This document shows, one piece after another, positions 27,501 to 39,239 of a DNA stretch of 64,000 bases. Made by a program: the position numbers and the translations under genes. The stretch is from Squalus acanthias. Lineage: Eukaryota. Under the pieces are notes generated by a model that did no database searches, was not told the origin of the DNA, and worked only from the letters and a program-made list of their open reading frames with translations. The DNA is taken from contig CM059433.1 in assembly GCA_030390025.1 (NCBI GenBank), forward strand, positions 16,184,001-16,248,000. The letters are read 5' to 3'. Each line of letters begins with the position of its first letter. Positions within the stretch are counted from its first letter, which is position 1.

Positions 27501-28200
27501 CACTACCTGCCTGTGCCTACTACTCTGCCTGACGGTCACCCATTCTGTTCCTGCCTGTGCAGCCTTTAGCTGCGGTGTGACCAACTCATTAAACGTGATA
27601 TCCACGACGTCCTCAGCATCGCGAATGCTCCAGTATGCATCCATCCGCAGCTCCAGCGCCTCAATGCGGTCTGCCAGTAGCTGCAGCTGGATACACTTCC
27701 TGCACACATGATCGTCAGGGACACGGGAAGTGTCTCTGATTTCCCACATATTACAGGAGCAGCATGCCACGGGGCCGAGCTGTGCTGCCATGACTTACCC
27801 TTTAATTAATTCAAATTAAATTAAATCAAATCAATACCACCAATGACACTACAATTAAATGTTATACTCAAGGGCCCTTGTTTACTAGCACTCCCCGCTA
27901 CACAACAGAGACCTTAGAAACTATAACCACAAAATTAAGACCTTCTAAACTTTATAAACTATTAACCTTAACTGTCAAACTATACCGTACTCACCCAATC
28001 AGCTGCTTCCTCTTGCTCGCGTCACTTTTTGAATCGTGACGTGGCTCTGGAATGCCGCCGCTGGTATGAGAGATTGGTAAGCCTCTGGGGGAAAAAAAGC
28101 CCGCGAAAGTGAATTTAAGTACTCACTGAACCGCCGCTCTCTGCTCCTCTCGACTCAGGCCTCTGTAAAAAAAAAAAAAAGCCCGCGAAAGTGAGTTTAA
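24555..28200 (-). mobile_element. Near full-length CR1 LINE (5'UTR, ORF1, ORF2 with internal deletions, 3' tail)
   Basis: ORF1 27791-26841; endonuclease pieces (CLNARSI, GDFN, LDWVL, SDHN); RT pieces ([14 protein letters not shown]); C-terminus; ttctatgtttcta tail. Confidence 0.95.
26841..27791 (-). pseudogene. CR1 ORF1: zinc finger/leucine zipper plus SGNH esterase, one in-frame stop
   Basis: CCSC...CRKC plus heptads (27791-27285), then in the same frame after the stop at 27285-27287. Esterase blocks GDSIVR (before the stop), HIGTNDI and DGLH (after it). Confidence 0.85.
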
Positions 28201-28229
28201 ACCCTTCCACAGTGGAGCTGTATATCATA

Positions 28230-30785
28230 GTGGCTTAGAATTGTCCATCACCAAGAGTGGCTCGGCAGCACCACTACTGACCGAGCTGGCCAAGTGCTGA
28301 AGGACATAGCTGCCAGACTAGGACTGCGGCAGGTGGTGAAAGAACCAAAACGAGGGGAAAAACCTACTTGACCTCATCCTCACCAGTCTACCTGTCGCAG
28401 ATGCATCTGTCCATGACAGCATTGGTAGCAGTGACCTCTGCACGGTGCTTGTGGAGATGAAGTCCCGTCTTCACACTGAGGACACACTCCATCGTGTTGT
28501 GTGGCATTACCACTGTGCTAAACCTGATACATTCAGAACAGATCTAGCAGCTCAAAACTGGGCATCCATGAGGCACTGTGGGCCAGCAGCAGCAGGATTG
28601 TATTGCACCACAATCTGTAACCTCATGGCCTGGTTTATCCCTCATACTACCATTAACATCAAGCCAGGCAACCAATCCTGTTTCAATGAGGAGTGTAGAA
28701 GAGCATGCCAGGAGCAGCACCAGGCGTACCTAAAAATGAGGTGCCAACCTAGGGAAGTTGCAACACAGGACTACATGCATGCTAAACAACGGAAGCAGCA
28801 TGCTATAGACAGAGCTAAGCGATCTCGCAACCAACAGATCAAATCAAAGGTCTGCAGTCCTGCCACATCCAGTCGTGAATGGTGGTGAACCATTAAACAA
28901 CTGACGGGGGAGGAGGCTCCCTGAACATCCCCATCCTCAATGATGGCGGAGCCCAGCACGCGAGTGCAAAAGACAAGGCTAAAGCGTTTGCAAACATCTT
29001 CAGCCAGAAGTGCCAAGTGGATGATCCATATCGGCCTATTCCTGAGGTCCTCACAATCACAGAAGCCAGTCTTCAACCAATTCGATTCACTTCACGTGAT
29101 ATCAAGAAACAACTGAGCGCACTGGATACAGCAACGGCTATGGGCCCTGACAATATCCCGCTTGTTGTGCTGAAGACTTGTGCTCCAGAACTAGCCGTAC
29201 CTCTAGCCAAGCTGTTCCAGTACAGCTACAACACTGGTATCTACCTGACAATGTGGAAACTGCCTAGGTATGTCCTGTCCAAAAAAAAAAGGACAAATCT
29301 AATTGGCCAGTTACCGCCCCATCAGTCTACTCCCAATCATCAGCAAAGTGGTGGAAGGTGTTGTTGAGAGTGCTATCAAGCGACACCTGCTCACCAATAA
29401 CCTGCTCACCGATGCACAGTTTGGGTTCCGCCAGGACCACTTGGCTTCAGATCTCATTACAGCCTTGGTCCAAACATGGACAAAAGAGCTGAATTCCAGA
29501 GATGAGGTGAGAGTGACTGCCCTTGACATCAAGGCAGCATTTGACCAAGTGTGGCATCAAGAGCCCTAGTAAAATTGAAGTCAATGGGAATCGGGGGGGG
29601 TGGGGACTCTCCGTTGGCTGGAGTCATACCTAACGTAAAGGAAGGTGGTTGCTGGAGGTCAATCGTCTCAGCTCCAGGACATCGCTGCAGGAGGTCCTCA
29701 GGGCAGTGTCCTAGCCCCAACCATCTTCAGCTACTTCAGCAACGACCTTCCCTCCATCATAAGGTCAGAAGTAGGGATGTTCGCTGATGATTGCACCGTG
29801 TTCAGTTCCATTCGCAACTCCTCAGATAATGAAGCAGTCCATGCCCGAATGCAGCAAGACCTGGATGACTTCAGGCTTGGGCTGATAAGTGGCAGGTAAC
29901 ATTCACGTCACACAAGTGCCAGACAATGACAGTCTCCAACAAGCAAGAGTCTAACCACCGTCCATTGACATTCAACGGCATTACCATCGCCAAATCTCCC
30001 ACCATTAACATCCTGGGGGTTTCACTATTGACCAGAAACTTAACTGGACCACCCACGTACTGTGGCTACAAGAGCAGGTCAGAGGCTGGGTATTCTGTGG
30101 TGAGTGTCTCACCTCCTGACTCCCCAAAGCCTTTCCACCAAAGAAAGAAAAATAAAGACTTGCATTTATATAGCGCGTTTCACGACCACCGTACGTCTCA
30201 AAGCGCTTTACAGCCAATGCAGTACTTTTGGAGTGTAGTCAGTGTTGTAATTTGGGACCACCTACAAGTCAGGAGTGTGATGGAATACTCTCCTCTTGCC
30301 TGGATGAGTGCAGCTTCAACAACACTGAAGAGTCTCGACACCATCCAGGACAAAGCAGCCCGCTTGATTGGCACCCCATCCACCACCTTAAACATTCACT
30401 CACTCCACCACCGGCGTACCTTGGCTGCAGTGTGTACCGTCTACAAGATGCACTGCAGCAACTCGCCAAGGCTTCTTCAGCAGCACCTCCCAAACCCGCG
30501 ACCTCTACCACCTAGAAGTACAAGGGCAGCAGGCACATGGGAACACCATCACCTGCAAGTTACGCACCATCCTGACTTGGAAATATATCGCCGTTCTTTC
30601 ATCGTCGCTGGATCAAAATCCTGGTGCTCTCTCCTAAAAGCACTGTGGGAGTACCTGCACCACAAGAACTGCAGCGGTTCAAGAAGGCAGCTCACCACTA
30701 CCTTCTAAAGTGCAATTAGGGATGGTCAATAAATGGTGGCCTTGCAGCGATGTCCACATCCCAGGAACACATGAAAAATAAAATT
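28230..30785 (+). mobile_element. Decayed LINE of a second CR1-group lineage (EN C-terminus, RT, 3' tail)
   Basis: YRPISLLPIISKV, QFGFRQ, ALDIKAAFDQVWH, GPQGSVLAP, MFADD, VRSVMEYSPLAW across frameshifts; tail gcaattagggatggtcaataaatg...aaaaataaaa. Confidence 0.9.
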
Positions 30786-32339
30786 CTGTCCTTTTGAGCT
30801 GTGTGACCTTGTTTTGTATGCAGCTCGGATTAATAACATGGAGGTCTCAACCACCTGCCAGCTGTGTGGATCTGGTGCAAAATGGATTTGAGCAATCTTA
30901 AATAAGTTACTCATGGGTGCAAATCTGTAGCACAAAACTGGCAAAGTTTAATATAATTTAATACTAAATTGGGAACTTCAGTCAGAGAATGGTTGCTATT
31001 GGAAACCTAAACGTCTTCACAGTATATTGGGGATATTCTTCTGAGGTTTGGTATTAAAGCACAATGCTGGGAAGGAATAGAGTAAATTTAGCTCTGTATC
31101 ATTCCCATGCTGGACCTGACTTGGAAGTACTTGAAATTAAAATTGGGTCCTAATAGTAATTGTGTTCTATTCATTTGGTATCACTGAACTTGATGAGCAA
31201 AACATTTTCTTTGTTGTAACAGTGAGAAAGTTACCTATTCTGCTGGGAAGGGATTTTTGGTTCAGTTTATATTATGATGTTGCTATAAGGTTAGATATTG
31301 TTCACAAAAAGTTAATTCCCAGAGACACACTCGCGATCTATGATGTTGATTACAACCATTAGTTGGTATACCAGATAACATAGCTATCAAACATTGTGTA
31401 TTTTCATATGCCATATCTGTTTTGAGATGATGAGGAGGCATCCAGGACATTGCTGTGATACTAGAATGGTCTTCAGTCTTTGTGCCTAATCAGGAGCTTA
31501 GCTAAACAGACAACGCAACTGCTGCGGCTCCCACACCAAGGGAGGGAATTTCTCATTCTAGGAACTGAATTTGATTGGTGGTTCAGTGAGCCAGCCTTCA
31601 ACAGAGAGGGATGGGTGGAGGGCAGGGGGAGCAGTGTCAAGGGCCAATTCAGAAGTTGCTGACTTGTAAAGTGATTTTAGTTCCTAACAAAGGGCAGAAT
31701 TGCATACTCTTATTTTTATGGTATGAGAACTGATGGGAAATAGGTAAAGCTTGGTGTGAAAATACTCTTCTGTTCAGTCATGTATTTAATGTCAAATAAA
31801 CCAGTTTATTGTTTTACAGCCATGCTTCATTTCACCAGAGTGCTCCTCGGTCCACTTTCTGAAAAAAATAGGAAAACACACATGGTGGCGTGTGCGAGAT
31901 CGCAGTATCCTGTACACACAATGAGCGATCTTAGTGTGGCCCTGGGATCATAACGATATCGTTTAACTAGATATTGGGCTTCAAAGACACTCCAGTTCAT
32001 AGGGGACATGGGTCCACTTACAGGAGTGTAACCAGTAATGCAGAACGCATCAGAATATCTACAGCAGACTCAAAACTTATAATCATATATTCAGATACAT
32101 CTTTAAAAAGACTTGGAATTAATTGTTTACATTTATATTTATTTGGAACATTTGTTAAAAGCCTCAAGCTCATCAAATGTCACCCCTTAGTATTCAAAAA
32201 AAAAGTGATGATTCAGGGAATTACAGACATCAGTTGCATGGAAAATGCTAAAAAAAAAATGTTTATAGGATGCTATCAATACTCCAGGGAGTATAGAGCC
32301 AATAGCGGTTCTATAGAGCCCAAAATCCATAAGGATAAG

Positions 32340-32730
32340 AGAAAAAAATTGCATTTATATAGCAACTGATCGTGTCCTTGGAACATCTCAAAGCACTTCA
32401 CAAACAATTAATTAAGTTTGAAGAATCGTCACTGTTGTTACCTTGGCAAACACAGCAGCAAATTTGTCCACAGTAGCATCCCACATATAGCACTGAGATT
32501 AATAACCAGTTAATCTGTTTTTGGTGGTGGTGGTGGGAGGAATGTTCGCCAGGATGCTGGTAGAACCCCCACTTTTCTTTAAATAATGCCTTGGGATCTT
32601 TTATGCGTACCTGGACAGACAGATGGGGTTTTGGTTTAACAGCTCATCCAAACGATTGCACCTAGGACATTGTAGCACTCTCCTGGTATTGCATTGAAGT
32701 GTCAGCCTAGATTGTGCTCAAATGCCAAAA
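32340..32730 (-). mobile_element. Deu-domain SINE (SacSINE1/AmnSINE-like), decayed
   Basis: Reverse complement contains ggatgagctgttaaacc...aaaagatccc, resembling the Deu domain as I recall it, and ends in the L2-like ctatataaatgc tail. Confidence 0.6.
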
Positions 32731-33244
32731 GCTAAGCTGTCACTCTAAAGTAGTCAGCAAAAGTTTAAACACACTTACAATCTTCCAACAAGTACTTGAA
32801 TGGATTTTCAGAAAGCAGCTCAATGGAAAAAGCTCTTTCAGGAAGTCGGTTACTTGAAGTTCTGCGGAAACCTATTCTGGATCCCATTTTTAGCCTATTC
32901 ATAAGTGACATGCTGGAAGGTACAAATATTTGTGTGCAGTTTGCGGGTGACCCCAGTTTGTTTGGTGAGGTGACCAGTATAAGACAGATTGATAGTAGTC
33001 AAAGGAGATCTGGACCAATTCATTGGATCATCAAAGGAATAACAGATGGATATTAATACAGATATAAATGTGCTATATTGGTTATGCTGGCAATTCATGG
33101 GAGAGAGCAAAACCAAGTCCGGATGATGCAATCGACAAGTGCTGCCCTTACGGGGAAATATTTTGGGACACTTCTGGCCTGTACAAACTGAAGTTTTTGA
33201 AGGTTTAACAGAACATATACAAATGAAGTTAGACTAATGACATT

Positions 33245-33960
33245 GGGCCAAAAATTGCGGTCGGAGGCGTACCGCCGGAGTACGCCTCCGACCCGCGAAA
33301 GAATTACACGCCTACCTGATGGTGGCGAAGCTGCGAAAACTTGTGATCTGAGGATGCGAGGCGGAGGGCAGCGTAATGGCCCATGGATCCCAGAGACGCG
33401 GGTGGTGCGGAAGCGTACCTGAGAGCACATGGACCTGGTCCTCCAATCACAAAGCAGAATTTGATTTCAATCATTTCCGAAGGGAGTCCCGTAATGAGAT
33501 GTAATGGAATCCCGAAAGCTGATATTGCAATTTACAGAATTGTAATTTATATTGTAATTAGCTTCCTTCCACTAATCTCATTAAAAATTTTATTTTTTGA
33601 TAATTTTCATCATCATTCAAACTCTAACCCAGGCCAATATTTGCAGAAACTCATTTGATACCGTGTATGTGTATAATTTCCGATATGAAAATGTTTCAAT
33701 CACGCCTGAAAAATCCCCTTGCGCTGTTGCAAACAGGCCCCGTGACTGTTTGCATCAACCGTAACATTTCTGCGCAATTGCTGGCCAGTCTGCTGCAGCA
33801 ATTGCTTTTTTGTGGCCCGCGCGGATGGCCCAGACCGCAAGTTCCAGATTTCGCACATGCGCAAGCGCGTACGGAAATCCCGAACTTGCGGTGGATTTCA
33901 AAGGAGGTATGGCGGCATGCTCTGAGAGTTTGTCGCCACACCGACCCCAAAATCCGGGCC
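33245..33960. mobile_element. Harbinger-like MITE with ATT TSD
   Basis: ATT|GGGCCAAAAATTGCGGTCGG ... CCGACCCCAAAATCCGGGCC|ATT (imperfect 20-bp TIR). Confidence 0.75.
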
Positions 33961-34429
33961 ATTAAGTAGAATTAATCAGTGACTGTCCTGTGATGCCCAC
34001 TGGCCATAAATACAGGTTTAAAAAAAATTGAAATTTGTATTAATGAACAGGTGACCACTGGCAAAAATGGGAAAAGATTTGTTGACTATTCACTGGAAAT
34101 ATGTTGTTGAGCAACAAAAGTACACCTTGAATGTGTAGACAGGCTTAGCAGAATAGAGCTGATGGTGATCAGGAGCACATTTTTTTTCATTTACAGGTAT
34201 TCGAGGTTTGCCCTAGTATAACATTGCACTGCCCATTTAACCACTGAGTCATCATGAGGCATGGTTTAGCCATTTCATTTGCGTAAATTAGTTAGTGATG
34301 CTGGGATCTTTAACAAAGTAAATCTTCATTTTGCTATGTGTAGTTTAGCTCACTGATGAGTGGCTGCTTTGAAGTGCTATTGTCATTGCAGAGCGTGTTT
34401 ACAAAATGGGTGTACACGTTCCAGGATAA

Positions 34430-34808
34430 TCATAGAAATTTACAGCACAGAAGGAGGCCATTCGGCCCATCTTGTCCGTGATGGCCGACAAAGAGCTCTC
34501 CACCCTAATCCCACTTTCCAGCTCTTGGTCCGTAGCCTTGTAGGTTAGGGCACTTCAAGTGCATATCCAAGTACTTTTTAAATGTGATGAGGGTCTCTGC
34601 CTCTACCACCTTTTCAGGCAGTGAGTTCCAGACCCCCACCACCCTCTGGGTGAAAAAAATTCTCCTCAAATCCCCTCTAAACCTCCGACCAATTACTTTA
34701 AATCTCTGCCCCCTGGTTATTGACCCTTCTGCTAAGGGAAATAGGTCCTTCCTATGCACTCTATCTGGACCCCTCATAATTTTATACACCTCAATTAGGT
34801 CTCCCCTA
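34430..34808 (-). mobile_element. CR1-type LINE 3' end
   Basis: ORF 34505-34789 (FFTQRVVGVWNSLP); same subfamily as 6925-7235. Confidence 0.88.
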
Positions 34809-35564
34809 TGGTAATGCTAAAAGCTGTATCTGTACACCATCACACATCAACCTTTAATAATTTTTAATATCTAAACTTGAAGCCAAACTGGATGAAACAA
34901 TTGAGATGTTATAGGCAACATGTTTTTGTGCATGTGACATTCACTTAGAATAGGATGGAAATAATGAAGTCTTTAGCCTTGCATAAATGCATACTAAAAT
35001 TATATACAACAGGATCTTTCTTTGAATCATACTTGATGATTTACACTTGTGATCTTCCTCAATCATTTTTACCATGTCTTGCATTAAAATATGACTGTAC
35101 TAATTATTTAGTTTATATTCAAACACTGCCAAAGAAAGCAATGCAGTAGAAAGTAATATTGCAATAATTTCCGTTGGGATGATTTGGAGGATTGATGGAT
35201 TCTGAATGCTGTGATTAGTGAATATACAATTGGGACTAAGAATCATTTCCATTCCCAATTCCTATTGAATGGAAAAGGTATCTGGTCTGTATGCGTCAAT
35301 CACACAAACTGCACAGAAGGTACAATGCAGAAATTGACCAAACGTAATTTGCAAGCATCTGTGGCAAGTGCGTCAACAGACACTAATTTGCATGGTTACT
35401 AAGAAGAATATATTAATATGATGGAGTTTCCAGGTGAGGTATTTAGAGGGAATGAAAATCTATTTGGATTTTCTTAAGTTGGGTCAAGGAGATCATGCTG
35501 CAATGAATTTCACAATGTTGATTTAGCTCCTGTTCATATGCAGTTCGAAAGATGCACTGTAGAG

Positions 35565-35700
35565 TAGGGTGACCATACGTCCCTGTTGTCTGGGGACAGT
35601 CCCCCCGATGAGGTACAATGTCCCCGGGCAAACAATGTCCCTGGAAGAGTCCCCGGTTCACAAAACTCGTCCCCGAATACCCAAGCCGCCATTTTACTTG
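35565..35700. mobile_element. hAT (Blackjack/MER81-MER94-like) terminus, partner end not found
   Basis: TAGGGTGACCATACGTCCC followed by repeated GTCCC subterminal motifs. Confidence 0.6.
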
Positions 35701-36531
35701 AATAAGCTCCATTCATCCTAATTGCAGCTCCTTTAAATCCGCACCCACATTCAGGGACTCCGAGACGGACCAACAGGGCTCACTGTTGATTAACAGATTC
35801 TCTGCCCATTGGCAGCGACGGATAAATGAAAGGGCAGGTCACCGTTTGTGATGACAGTTTGGCTTTGACCGAATTGGCTTTGGTTTGGACCAATGGCAGG
35901 ACAGAGTGGGGGGTCCGTGCTGGCCAATGGGGTGTCTGTGTTTGCGCAGGAAGTGTGATCGCCGTGTTGTCTGTGTGTGGCGGAGCCCAGACACATCTCA
36001 TTGGCTGGTGATGTGAAAATGGGAATCTGATTGTTCGTGTGGGTTTTCCCCAGGGCCGCCCCTCGCTGGGCAGGCTCCCCCAATTCCCACGGGGTTGGGG
36101 GGGGGGCTGCGGAGGTAAAATATAAAGAGCGACAACAATAACAGAGAAATTAGCGAAGTGATGCCACATACCCGCTACCGCCTCGAGAGATTGAGGCACA
36201 AACACCGACCATCGAATAAAAGTCTGGTCTAGATCCTGAGAACCGACAGATCACCCGACTCCATGTGGCTGGAACCGAGTGGACGAGTCCACGAACCGCG
36301 AGCATGAAGAGGGTCGCTGCCTCACGAGGTTGTAATTCTGCTCCTTCCCACACCGGGCTACGATGCTGAGTTTCAGGCGTCTTCTAGTAAACAGCAGGTC
36401 GGGTTGAGTGAGCTTGAAGGGCCGAGAGGCACTGATAATGCCGCGGGTCTCCAGGCCGATAACACAGCGCCTTCAGGAGCAGCTTTAGAGTTTGGGCTGC
36501 GGGGTGTATCACGGGGCCTAAAGAGAAACAA

Positions 36532-37551
36532 ATAAACGGCGGTCGGCCGGTCAGCGCAGGGGGATAGACGGCGGGTCGACTGGTCAGCGCAGGGGGATAG
36601 ACGGCGGGTCGACTGGTCAGCGCAGGGGGATAGACGGCGGGTCGGCCGGTCAGCGCAGGGGGATAGACGGCGGGTCGGCCGGTCAGCGCAGGGGGATAGA
36701 CGGCGGGTCGGCCGGTCAGCGCAGGGGGATAGACGGCGGGTCGGCCGGTCAGCGCAGGGGGATAGACGGCGGGTCGGCCGGTCAGCGCAGGGGGATAGAC
36801 GGCGGGTCGGCCGGTCAGCGCAGGGGGATAGACGGCGGGTCGGCCGGTCAGCGCAGGGGGATAGACGGCGGGTCGGCCGGTCAGCGCAGGGGATAGACGG
36901 CGGGTCGGCCGGTCAGCGCAGGGGGATAGACGGCGGGTCGGCCGGTCAGCGCAGGGGGATAGACGGCGGGTCGGCCGGTCAGCGCAGGGGGATAGACGGC
37001 GGGTCGGCCGGTCAGCGCAGGGGGATAGAGGGCGGGTCGGCCGGTCAGCGCAGGGGGATAGACGGCGGGTCGGCCGGTCAGCGCAGGGGGATAGACGGCG
37101 GGTCGGCCGGTCAGCGCAGGGGGATAGACGGCGGGTCGACCGGTCAGCGCAGGGGGATAGACGGCGGGTCGACCGGTCAGCGCAGGGGGATAGACGGCGG
37201 GTCGGCCGGTCAGCGCAGGGGGATAGACGGCGGGTCGGCCGGTCAGCGCAGGGGGATAGAGGGCGGGTCGGCCGGTCAGCGCAGGGGGATAGAGGGTGGG
37301 TCGGGTCGGCCGGTCAGCGCAGGGGGATAGAGGGCGGGTCGGCCGGTCAGCGCAGGGGGATAGAGGGCGGGTCGGCCGGTCAGCGCAGGGGGATAGAGGG
37401 CGGGTCGGCCGGTCAGCGCAGGGGGATAGACGGCGGGTCGGCCGGTCAGCGCAGGGGGCTAGACGATGGGTCGGCCAGTCAGCGCAGGGGGATAGAGGGC
37501 GGGTTGGCCAGTCAGCGCAGGGGGATAGACGATGGGTCGGCCAGTCAGCGC
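36532..37551. repeat. 33-bp GC-rich minisatellite, about 30 copies
   Basis: Unit GGTCGGCCGGTCAGCGCAGGGGGATAGACGGCG repeated in tandem; variants accumulate toward the right end. Confidence 0.97.
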
Positions 37552-37552
37552 C

Positions 37553-37648
37553 CGGGAAAGGAAAGCGTGGTTCCGCGTTGGCTGTGGGAACTTTCCCAGA
37601 ACTTAATAATGTTCCCAGGGAGTTCCCGTACGGGGAGTGGGGAATCCG
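37553..37648. promoter_or_regulatory. Cluster of NF-kB-, STAT(GAS)- and IRF-like motifs
   Basis: GGGAAAGGAAAG (37554), GGGAACTTTCCC (37586-37597) overlapping TTCCCAGAA (37593-37601), GGGAGTTCCC (37618-37627), GGGGAATCCG (37639-37648). Motif match only. Confidence 0.45.
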
Positions 37649-37904
37649 CTCTTTACATTGCATAGGCGTTACAACATAGAAACTGGCCATTCGGCCCAAC
37701 CAGTCCTTGCCAACATTTACTCTTCATGAGCAAACACTGAGCTTCCCGCCACCGCCCAGATCTCAAGGCCATTCACAGAAGTGTAATCAAAATAATGGAC
37801 ACTAAGCCAAAGAAGATGATGTTGGGAGGAGTGATGAAAAATTTGGTTAAAGAGGAATTTCACGGTGAACCGTAAAGAAGGGGGAGGGAAATAAATGACT
37901 TGGG

Positions 37905-37938
<34 letters not shown>

Positions 37939-38042
37939 CATATAGACAGTGGGTACAAAAAACTGACGTTCCTGAAGAGTGTCATTATATTATTTATAAA
38001 CGGTGTCTGAATGCGCTTCAATAGTGTGACGTCACATCCACA

Positions 38043-38073
<31 letters not shown>

Positions 38074-38977
38074 CGTGTATATGTGCAACTGTTAAAATAT
38101 AGCCTGCTAAAAATGTTTGCCTACATGTTCCGTCCTGGCTACTTTGTTGTGCTCCCACCCTGTGTGTCCCCGGATTTTCTTTTTTACAAATTTTCTTTGT
38201 TGCCAATTTTCTCCCCTACTATTGTCGTGGAGGCATTGATTTATTGTTGGCTGAGCCTCTTTGGGGTGTTGTGGCACAGCTATCAGTCATCCACCGGTAC
38301 GTCACCCAATTGACTATTATTATCTGCGAGCCTTGGCAGTGAATATTGACGAGCAATTCGACTGTTGAAAGCCACACAGCTGAGTATCAACCAATCCTCA
38401 CGTGGGATCCCCACACACGCACTTACCCCGCTCTCACTCGCTCCCCTCCCACCTTTCTATGACGTGTGCGCGCGAGCGCCCTCGTACTTCCAGCAGATGT
38501 AGTGTGCAGTAATTAGCAGAGGAAAGTCTGGATGATTCTTCCCTCTCTCTTTTCCTAATTTCTTCTTGTGTGGCTCGGTGTCAAATTTTTGGCTTGTAAC
38601 ACTCCTGTGAAGCGCCTTGGGACGTTTCACTACGTTAAAGGCGCTATATAAATACAAGTTGTTTTGTGGGAATTGTAGCTCTCGCCACCACCAGAGCCGA
38701 GATCAACTAACTCAGCACAGACCAGGTTGTTGTAATTCAGGCTGTCTGCCAACATTTTTGTCTTGTGTTCATAGCAGAAAAGGAAATTTATATAAGAAGA
38801 CTGTGTTTCTTGAGAACTGAAATATGTGCTTTTATATTCGACATGTCTGAGATGGCATGTGAAGGTTTAATATATATCTTATATTCTTATGTTCTTGTAT
38901 CCTTTTATTGTAATATTGGTCTCAGTAAACCAAGTGGATTGCCCATCACATTCTCCTATTTTCTCCAAAAGCTTGTA

Positions 38978-39239
38978 CAGTAAACTCTTTCTTATCCGGC
39001 ACCTATGGGACCAGGATGGTGCCGGTTGATGAAAAATTCTGGATAACAGAGAGGTATACCTACCAAGGCAAATTTTAACACAGACAAAAATAAAAACCAC
39101 TGACTAACTCGGCCACCGTGGGAGACTCGGACTCGGCAAAACGAGTGCTGGATGGATTCGGCAAGATTACCGGTTATCAATTTTGCCGGTTATTAAAGTA
39201 TTCCGGATGATTAAGTGCCGTTTAAACAAGAGTTTACTG
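38978..39239. mobile_element. pogo/Tigger-like MITE, related to 12954-13311
   Basis: TA|CAGTAAACTCTTTCTTATCCGGCAC ... GTGCCGTTTAAACAAGAGTTTACTG|TA. Confidence 0.85.

Noticed and set aside
36121..36220. LTR interpretation (CCAAT boxes, TATAAA, AATAAA)
   Set aside because: No TG...CA boundaries, TSD, primer-binding site, second LTR or gag/pol sequence could be identified.
36881..37699. 272-aa ORF with PPALTGRPAVY repeats, and a CRISPR-like look of the array
   Set aside because: It is the translation of a 33-bp minisatellite whose frame shifts with unit indels. There are no unique spacers or cas genes, and the context is eukaryotic.
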